Shown here piece after piece: positions 48,336 to 53,679 of a stretch of 53,679 bases of DNA (the stretch's first letter is position 1; each line of letters begins with the position of its first letter). The notes beneath the pieces were generated by a model. It worked only from the letters and a program-made list of their open reading frames with translations. It ran no database searches and was not told where the DNA came from. Location: positions 1 to 53,679 of the forward strand of contig CAADXH010000088.1 in the NCBI GenBank assembly GCA_900752975.1, given 5' to 3'. The position numbers were made by a program, and so were the translations under genes. Source of the DNA: Bacilli bacterium (GTDB lineage Bacteria > Bacillota_I > Bacilli_A > ML615J-28 > CAG-313).

Positions 48336-50027
48336 ATGAAAGTGGTAATTGTAGGTGGTGTGGCTGGTGGAGCTTCGGCCGCAGCAAGAATTCGCCGTTT
48401 GGACGAAAGTGCAGAAATAATTGTTTTTGAAAAGACAGGATATATTTCTTACGCCAATTGTGGTCTGCCATATTATATCGGTGATGTAATCACAGATTCC
48501 AATGACTTGACACTTCAGACGCCGGAAAGTTTTTGGACAAGATTTCGAATTTTAGTAAAAGTCAATCATGAAGTAACTAACATTGATGTGACCCAAAAGA
48601 CAGTAACAGTAAAAAATCTGCTTACAGGTACAGAATGTGAGGAACCTTATGATAAGCTCTTATTATCTCCGGGTGCAAAACCTGTAAAACCAAATCTGTC
48701 CGGAATTGACAGTGAAAAGATTTTTTCGCTAAGAACGGTAGAAGATACGTTTCGGATTCATGATTATTTGGAAAAAACAAAAGCGCAAAGTGCTGTGATT
48801 GTGGGCGGAGGCTATATAGGTATTGAGGTTGCGGAAAATCTTAAGGGAAAAGGTCTTAATGTGACGATTGTTCAGAGACCGAATCAGTTGATGAATACGC
48901 TGGATTATGATATGGCTTCGTTTGTTCATAGTAAGCTTCGTGAAAAGGGAATTTCATTAAGACTGAATAGTAATGTTATTTCTTTTCGACAGGATGGAGA
49001 ACGTATTGTGACCATGCTGGAAGATAATAGTGAAATAGCAGCTGATATGGTTTTGCTTGCCATAGGAGTGGCACCCGAAAATAGTCTTGCAAAACAAGCA
49101 GGACTAAAGCTTGGTGTAAAAGGAAGTATTGTCGTAAATGATCGTATGGAAACCTCTGTACAGGATATTTATGCTGTGGGTGATGCTATTCAGGTGAAAC
49201 ATTTTGTGACACAAGAAGATACCGTAATTGCACTTGCAGGACCGGCAAATAAGCAGGGACGTATTGCAGCAGATAATATCTGTGGAGGGGATAGTCATTA
49301 TCAGGGTTCTATGGGTTCCTCCATAATAAAGATATTTGATATGACTGTTGCAGTAACTGGTTTGACTGAGAAAGTAGCTAAATCTATGGGAATTGATTGT
49401 GAAAGTGTTGTTCTTTCCCCAACTTCTCATGCAGGTTATTATCCCGGTGCAAAAGTTATGACCATGAAAGTTGTCTTTGAAAAGGATACATGGAAACTTC
49501 TTGGAGTGCAGATTGTGGGAACAGAAGGTGTGGATAAGAGACTGGATGTGCTTGCCACAGCAATACATGCCGGTATGAAAGCGAATATGCTTAAGGATTT
49601 AGATTTGGCATATGCACCACCATTTTCATCTGCAAAAGACCCTGTAAATATGGCTGGTTTTATGATTGAAAATATAAGTAAAGGAATGATTAAGCAATAT
49701 CATTGGGATGAGGTTAAAAATTTACCGAGGGACGGAAGTGTTACATTATTGGATACCAGAACGTCATATGAGTACAAAAGTGGACACATTGATGGGTATA
49801 TCAATATTCCGGTGGATGACTTAAGAGAACGAATGAATGAAATTGATGACAGTAAGCCGGTGTATGTAATATGCCAGAGTGGTCTCCGAAGTTATATCGC
49901 TTGCCGAATATTATCTCAGAATGGTTTTGATTGTTACAATTTTTCCGGTGGATATCGTTTTTACGCAAGTGTTATCCATGAAAAACAAATGAGTGAATGT
50001 ACATACCCTTGTGGTATGGAAAAATAA
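48336..50027 (+). CDS. CoA-disulfide reductase / NADH oxidase-family flavoprotein with a C-terminal rhodanese domain
   Basis: [19 protein letters not shown], redox Cys [10 protein letters not shown], second Rossmann [11 protein letters not shown]. Rhodanese active site [11 protein letters not shown]. Confidence 0.85.
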   Translation: MKVVIVGGVAGGASAAARIRRLDESAEIIVFEKTGYISYANCGLPYYIGDVITDSNDLTLQTPESFWTRFRILVKVNHEVTNIDVTQKTVTVKNLLTGTECEEPYDKLLLSPGAKPVKPNLSGIDSEKIFSLRTVEDTFRIHDYLEKTKAQSAVIVGGGYIGIEVAENLKGKGLNVTIVQRPNQLMNTLDYDMASFVHSKLREKGISLRLNSNVISFRQDGERIVTMLEDNSEIAADMVLLAIGVAPENSLAKQAGLKLGVKGSIVVNDRMETSVQDIYAVGDAIQVKHFVTQEDTVIALAGPANKQGRIAADNICGGDSHYQGSMGSSIIKIFDMTVAVTGLTEKVAKSMGIDCESVVLSPTSHAGYYPGAKVMTMKVVFEKDTWKLLGVQIVGTEGVDKRLDVLATAIHAGMKANMLKDLDLAYAPPFSSAKDPVNMAGFMIENISKGMIKQYHWDEVKNLPRDGSVTLLDTRTSYEYKSGHIDGYINIPVDDLRERMNEIDDSKPVYVICQSGLRSYIACRILSQNGFDCYNFSGGYRFYASVIHEKQMSECTYPCGMEK

Positions 50028-50041
50028 AAAGGAGGTATTTT

Positions 50042-50674
50042 ATGAGGTACATATGTCAAATTTGTGGATATGTCTATGATGATGAAAAAGAAAAAGTTCC
50101 ATTTGAACAGTTGCCGGCGGACTGGAAGTGTCCACTTTGTGGTGCGGTTAAATCTGATTTTAAGCTGGAAGTACCCAAAACAGAAGTAAATCCAGTCAGT
50201 GTGAATACAGAGGCTGCAGACCTAAAAAAACTTTCAGCGGGACAATTAGCTGCGGTATGCTCTAATCTTGCAAGAGGTTGTGAAAAGCAGTACAAATCGG
50301 AGGAAGCAGGTCTATTCAATGAACTGGCAGCATATTTTACCAGTATTACACCGGCAGTAAATGATGCAACTGTTGAAAATGTGGCGAAACTGTTACAGGA
50401 GGATATAGATAAATATCCTACTGTTAGAGCTGTTGTGGACCAAAATAAAGATAGGGGTGCAGCAAGAATCTGTGTATGGGGTGAAAAGGTTACAAGAATG
50501 CTTTCATCACTGGTAAACAGATATCTGAATGAAGGAGAGGCAATGCTTGCTGATACAGACATTTGGGTTTGTACAGTGTGTGGATTTGTATATATTGGAG
50601 AGACACCACCTGAGCTTTGCCCGGTATGTAAAGTTCCTCCTTACAAATTTGAAAAGATAGAGGGGAGAGGATAA
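50042..50674 (+). CDS. Rubredoxin-domain protein: N-terminal rubredoxin, central helical domain, C-terminal Cys4 rubredoxin-like domain
   Basis: [12 protein letters not shown]...DWKCPLCGA, and [10 protein letters not shown]...[17 protein letters not shown] before the ATG at 50042. Confidence 0.7.
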   Translation: MRYICQICGYVYDDEKEKVPFEQLPADWKCPLCGAVKSDFKLEVPKTEVNPVSVNTEAADLKKLSAGQLAAVCSNLARGCEKQYKSEEAGLFNELAAYFTSITPAVNDATVENVAKLLQEDIDKYPTVRAVVDQNKDRGAARICVWGEKVTRMLSSLVNRYLNEGEAMLADTDIWVCTVCGFVYIGETPPELCPVCKVPPYKFEKIEGRG

Positions 50675-50676
50675 AT

Positions 50677-51855
50677 ATGGAATTAAAGGCAGTTAGAAAC
50701 CTTAGACTTTGTACAAAGGATTGTCTGTGTCTGTATGTATGTCCTTATGGAGCGACAGATACGGAAGATAGTATTATTGATATCAATAAATGTGTGGGAT
50801 GCGGAATGTGTGCGCAGGCTTGTCCTAGTGGAGCTATCAGCATGGTACCCGTTGAGTTTCCGCCACAACAATCTAAAACGGATGAAGTAAAGGCTACATT
50901 AAACGAACTGGCACAGAATAAGTCTGATGGTGAGACTATGGCCAGACAAATAGTAGATACAACGGATAGGGAAGGACTTAGCCGTTTAATGAATGCAGTA
51001 GCCAAATCAGAAAGACTTATTGCGGAAGATATTGTTAGAGAAGCTGGTTTTATGCTTCCACAGAGCAATAATGTACATGAGTTATTAGAGGAGTTGATTG
51101 CAAATCCTCCTACGTCAGACTTTCCAATGGAAACAGCAAAGAAGTTATTAGAAATTGTTCCAAATAATGAAAAAAAAGAAAAATCGAAGGGAGAAACAAT
51201 TATGACAACATGGAAATGTACAGTATGCGGATACGTTCACGAAGGGGAACAGCCACCGAAGCAGTGCCCAATATGTAAGCAGCCTGCTGAGAAATTCGAG
51301 AAAGTAGCAGAGGTTAAGAAGAACCCATACGTAGGAACCAAAACAGAAAAGAACTTATGGGAAGCATTTGCCGGTGAGTCACAGGCAAGAAATAAGTACA
51401 CTTACTTTGCATCTGTAGCAAAGAAAGCCGGATATGAACAGATTGCGGCTTTGTTCTTACAGACAGCAGAGAATGAGAAAGAACACGCAAAGCTTTGGTT
51501 TAAAGCCTTGGGCGAACTTGGTGATACAGCAGAAAACCTTCTTCATGCAGCAGAAGGCGAAAATGCAGAATGGACCGATATGTATGAGAGAATGGCAAAG
51601 GATGCAGAGGAAGAAGGCTTTACAGAACTTGCAGCACAGTTTAGAGGTGTAGCTGCCATCGAGAAGTTGCATGAGGAAAGATATCGTGCATTGCTTAAAA
51701 ATGTTGAAACTATGGAAGTATTTAAAAAGAGTGGCGTAACTATGTGGGAATGTCGTAACTGCGGTCATGTAGTAGTCGGTCTTGAAGCACCGAAAGTTTG
51801 CCCTGTATGTAATCATCCACAGGCATATTTTGAAGTACGTAAAGAGAATTATTAA
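50677..51855 (+). CDS. Ferredoxin-rubredoxin-rubrerythrin fusion protein
   Basis: N-terminal [12 protein letters not shown] 4Fe-4S motif; [10 protein letters not shown]...CPICKQP; ferritin-like diiron helices [38 protein letters not shown]; C-terminal WECRNCGH...CPVCNHP. Confidence 0.8.
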   Translation: MELKAVRNLRLCTKDCLCLYVCPYGATDTEDSIIDINKCVGCGMCAQACPSGAISMVPVEFPPQQSKTDEVKATLNELAQNKSDGETMARQIVDTTDREGLSRLMNAVAKSERLIAEDIVREAGFMLPQSNNVHELLEELIANPPTSDFPMETAKKLLEIVPNNEKKEKSKGETIMTTWKCTVCGYVHEGEQPPKQCPICKQPAEKFEKVAEVKKNPYVGTKTEKNLWEAFAGESQARNKYTYFASVAKKAGYEQIAALFLQTAENEKEHAKLWFKALGELGDTAENLLHAAEGENAEWTDMYERMAKDAEEEGFTELAAQFRGVAAIEKLHEERYRALLKNVETMEVFKKSGVTMWECRNCGHVVVGLEAPKVCPVCNHPQAYFEVRKENY

Positions 51856-51870
51856 CAGGAAGTTTTTTAT

Positions 51871-52239
51871 ATGAAATATTATATTTGTTAGCATTGTGGA
51901 AATATCATTGAATATGTGAAGGAGTCAGGTGTTCCAGTTATGTGCTGTGGTCAGAAGATGACAGAGATTGTACCGGGAACCAGTGAGGGTGCACATGAGA
52001 AGCATGTACCTGTTGTAATAGTGGATGTAGGCAAGGTGACTGTTGAAGTTGGTGAAGTAGGGCATCCAATGGTAGAAGCACATTGTATTCAGTGGATTGC
52101 TATTGAAACAACAAGAGGTGGTCATAAAGTTAAATTAGAATATACAGATAAACCAAGAGCAGAGTTTAAACTTGCGGATGGAGAAGAATTTGTGGCAGCC
52201 TATGAGTACTGCAATTTACATGGGTTATGGAAGAAATAA
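51871..52239 (+). CDS. Desulfoferrodoxin-type superoxide reductase with an in-frame TAG in the N-terminal CxxC (possible pseudogene, or a truncated form starting at 51916)
   Basis: MKYYIC-TAG-HCGNIIEYVKESGVPVMCCGQKM is a desulforedoxin-like domain. The SOR centre II ligand regions HEKHVPV, H..VEAHCI and YCNLHGLW are intact. The TAG is at 51889-51891. Confidence 0.7.
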
Positions 52240-52292
52240 GATATAGCAAATAGAGGTACATGTTTCAGCTTTACGCATACTATGTATTTAAA

Positions 52293-52332
52293 ATAGCCTT
52301 ATTCATTATGTGTATGGATAGGGCTATTTTTT
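52293..52332. terminator. Bidirectional terminator between the SOR gene and the minus-strand remnant
   Basis: ATAGCCTTATTC...GGATAGGGCTAT followed by TTTTTT. Confidence 0.55.
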
Positions 52333-52346
52333 CGGTTGGGGGGCGA

Positions 52347-53060
52347 TTATCTCGCCCCTTTATCTCTGCTTCGGTAAGGTTGACTGGCATTCTGCCTGTC
52401 AGCCATTTCTTGATATCGTTGTAACTTTTCGTGCATGGTTTCGGCTTTTGGAGTGGCTTTCTCTCCGTAGGATTCCTCCCACTTGGCACATTCTTTCTGA
52501 TATGCTTCGGTGGAACGCTGTGCGGTATAGAATGCTGTGTAGAAATCCTGTACTGTTGCAAATCCGTGTTGTCTGACGATACCGGATAATCCGGCTTTGA
52601 GGGTTCGGATTCCTCGGTTTTGGTGGCAATCTTGCTTTCAAGCTCCTTTTTCTTGGGAGCCTTGAAAGCCCCTTCAAAGCGCTTAATTCAATTTCCAGTT
52701 TTGTCCGTTCACGCTCTGCTTCAAAGATAAGGTTATTGTGTTTATCAAGAGTAACCTTGACCTTTTGAAGTCTTGGGAAAGCGGTAGCTTCCGGTGGCAT
52801 AACCGGTCTTGGTGGTATCTGTTGTTTGGGCAGTTCTACAACCTCTGTTTCAAGAACAGTTGCGGTAACTGTAACGCTTGGTGACTTAGGCTCTGTTATT
52901 GTTTCCTTATTTGGAACTGTAACTATATCTGCGGTGTCCACAGCTTTTATATCTGCCTTGCTTCCATACCCTTTTTCTAGAGTTTCACGGAACAGCTTGT
53001 CTTTCAGTTCCCTTGCGGCGGTCAGTACCTTGGAAATCAAAAGTGCAAGTTTGACAAAGA
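52347..53060 (-). pseudogene. 5'-truncated, twice-frameshifted remnant of a coiled-coil protein, tentatively of the kind encoded by Firmicutes mobilisable elements
   Basis: Three frames join into one plausible sequence: ...LDKHNNLIFEAERERTKLEIE, then KRFEGAFKAPKKKELESKIATKTEE, then IRTLKAGLSGIVRQHGFATVQDFYTAFYTAQRSTEAYQKECAKWEESYGEK...DKGAR-stop. Shifts lie near 52687 and 52608. There is no N-terminal catalytic domain. Confidence 0.5.
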
Positions 53061-53066
53061 GACGTA

Positions 53067-53522
53067 ATGAGTATTGTTGTAAATATCTACTATACGGGAA
53101 TGAACGGAAGTGCAAGGAAATTTGCCGAGGAAATGATTTCAAGAGGAATTGTAGATAAAATACGCGTAGAAGAAGGGAATGAAAGATACGAATATTTCTA
53201 TCTGATAGACGACACAGAGACACTATTGCTTATAGATAATTGGAAAAGTCAAGAAGCACTTGACTTCCACCATAAAACAAAAATGATGAAAGAAATTGCG
53301 GAGTTACGCAAAAAATATCAGTTGAAGATGAAAGTCGAAAAATTTACAAAACTTGATAAAATAAATTCCAATTTCTTGGCGAGTTCAACTGTACGCATTT
53401 TAATTACATGTACGCAAATTTTGATAAGGTGTACGAACTTTTTTAAGGGTGTACGCAAATTGTATCAAAATAGGTATTCGCACACATTAAAGTCGGTCAA
53501 AAAGTATTTTGTAGACTTTTAA
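53067..53522 (+). CDS. Antibiotic-biosynthesis-monooxygenase (ABM)-like protein whose ORF reads through into repeat B2
   Basis: MSIVVNIYYTGMNGSARKF......LLIDNWKSQEALDFHHKTKMMKEI is a ferredoxin-like ABM pattern (~98 aa). The remaining ~53 codons are encoded by repeat B2. Confidence 0.55.
   Translation: MSIVVNIYYTGMNGSARKFAEEMISRGIVDKIRVEEGNERYEYFYLIDDTETLLLIDNWKSQEALDFHHKTKMMKEIAELRKKYQLKMKVEKFTKLDKINSNFLASSTVRILITCTQILIRCTNFFKGVRKLYQNRYSHTLKSVKKYFVDF
53364..53486 (+). repeat. Cassette right-end module B, copy 2
   Basis: GTACGCA or GTACGAA at 53391, 53410, 53431 and 53451. It ends ...GTGTACGCAAATTGTATCAAAATAGGTATTCGCACACA as in B1 and carries one extra ~20-bp unit relative to B1. Confidence 0.85.
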
Positions 53523-53566
53523 AAAATAAGCTATTTTCACAAAAATTCATAGTTTCACTATGATGA

Positions 53567-53590
53567 AGAGCTGAAAATAGCTCTTTTTTT
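53567..53590 (+). terminator. Rho-independent terminator
   Basis: AGAGCT-GAAAAT-AGCTCT followed by TTTTTTT. An upstream segment AAGCTATTTTCA (53528-53539) can pair alternatively with TGAAAATAGCTT-like 53572-53583. Confidence 0.6.
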
Positions 53591-53639
53591 ATTCATGTTA
53601 ATGTCAAGTTAAAAACAACCAATTTTGATGATTTAAGTT

Positions 53640-53668
53640 TTACCAATTATGGTGAAAGTTAAATCATC
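53640..53668. repeat. Right copy of the 29-bp inverted repeat bracketing the window
   Basis: TTACCAATTATGGTGAAAGTTAAATCATC. It contains ATG GTG AAA GTT AAA TCA..., which stays open to the window edge. Confidence 0.8.
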
Positions 53669-53679
53669 ATTTTTTATTC

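Noticed and set aside
51889-51891. In-frame TAG as pyrrolysine or a reassigned codon.
   Set aside because: No pyl genes are in the window. TAG also terminates well-defined genes here (for example lysA at 28273 and the cyclase-like gene at 3004).
48729-52125. Antisense or alternative-frame ORFs in the GC-richer block (48729-48929, 49104-49568, 50074-50562, 50683-50871, 50745-51068, 51434-51652, 51457-51894, 51925-52125).
   Set aside because: They overlap well-supported genes (CoADR, rubredoxin proteins, rubrerythrin, SOR). Their translations are Cys/Ser/Phe-rich junk with no motifs.
1-53679. Mollicutes-type genetic code (TGA = Trp), considered because of the extreme AT-richness.
   Set aside because: Long conserved ORFs translate intact with the standard code, Trp is encoded by TGG, and TGA ends genes (for example the amidase at 30678-30680).

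Overview
AT-rich Firmicutes-type chromosomal segment, judged from gene order (rsmD-coaD with convergent ylbJ-like gene, tig-clpX-lon, secG-rnr-smpB); standard genetic code. It has three parts. (1) 1-8.8 kb is a decaying accessory island. It holds a frameshifted AAA-ATPase and a frameshifted SAM-methyltransferase, a serine recombinase lacking its DNA-binding domain, and an orphan class III nucleotidyl-cyclase-like protein. That cyclase-like gene sits just upstream of a 1417-aa lipoprotein with 15 Listeria-Bacteroides (InlB B-type) repeats. An excisionase-type HTH ORF is missing from the ORF track. (2) 8.9-44.9 kb is core genome. It carries MgtC plus an APC permease and a 10.5-kb lipid scavenging/re-acylation supercluster: two DegV/FakB, a DAK2/FakA-like kinase, patatin, a GPH-type MFS, PlsX, an acyl-AMP ligase-carrier fusion, a tandem PlsC-type acyltransferase, ACP and an LRAT-like protein. 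No FASII genes accompany them. The rest is housekeeping: GKRP/MurQ-like, rbsK, Sir2, dut, lysA, rsmD, coaD, amidase, tRNA-Arg, DUF885, tig, clpX, lon, secG, rnr, smpB. (3) 44.9-53.5 kb holds two integrase-less cassettes stacked head-to-tail directly 3' of tRNA-Leu(GAG). Each is bounded by the same left (A) and right (B) end modules, which contain direct repeats phased at about 20 bp. The second cassette carries a visibly GC-richer, Clostridia-like oxidative-stress block: YaaA, DUF134, NifX-like, CoA-disulfide reductase-rhodanese, rubredoxin fusions, rubrerythrin and superoxide reductase. That block has three discrete lesions: an A7 frameshift, an in-frame TAG, and a twice-frameshifted mobilisation-type remnant. 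The whole window is bracketed by a 29-bp (28/29) inverted repeat. No CRISPR array, rRNA or tmRNA was seen. All functional calls come from motif recognition by eye; no database search was run.
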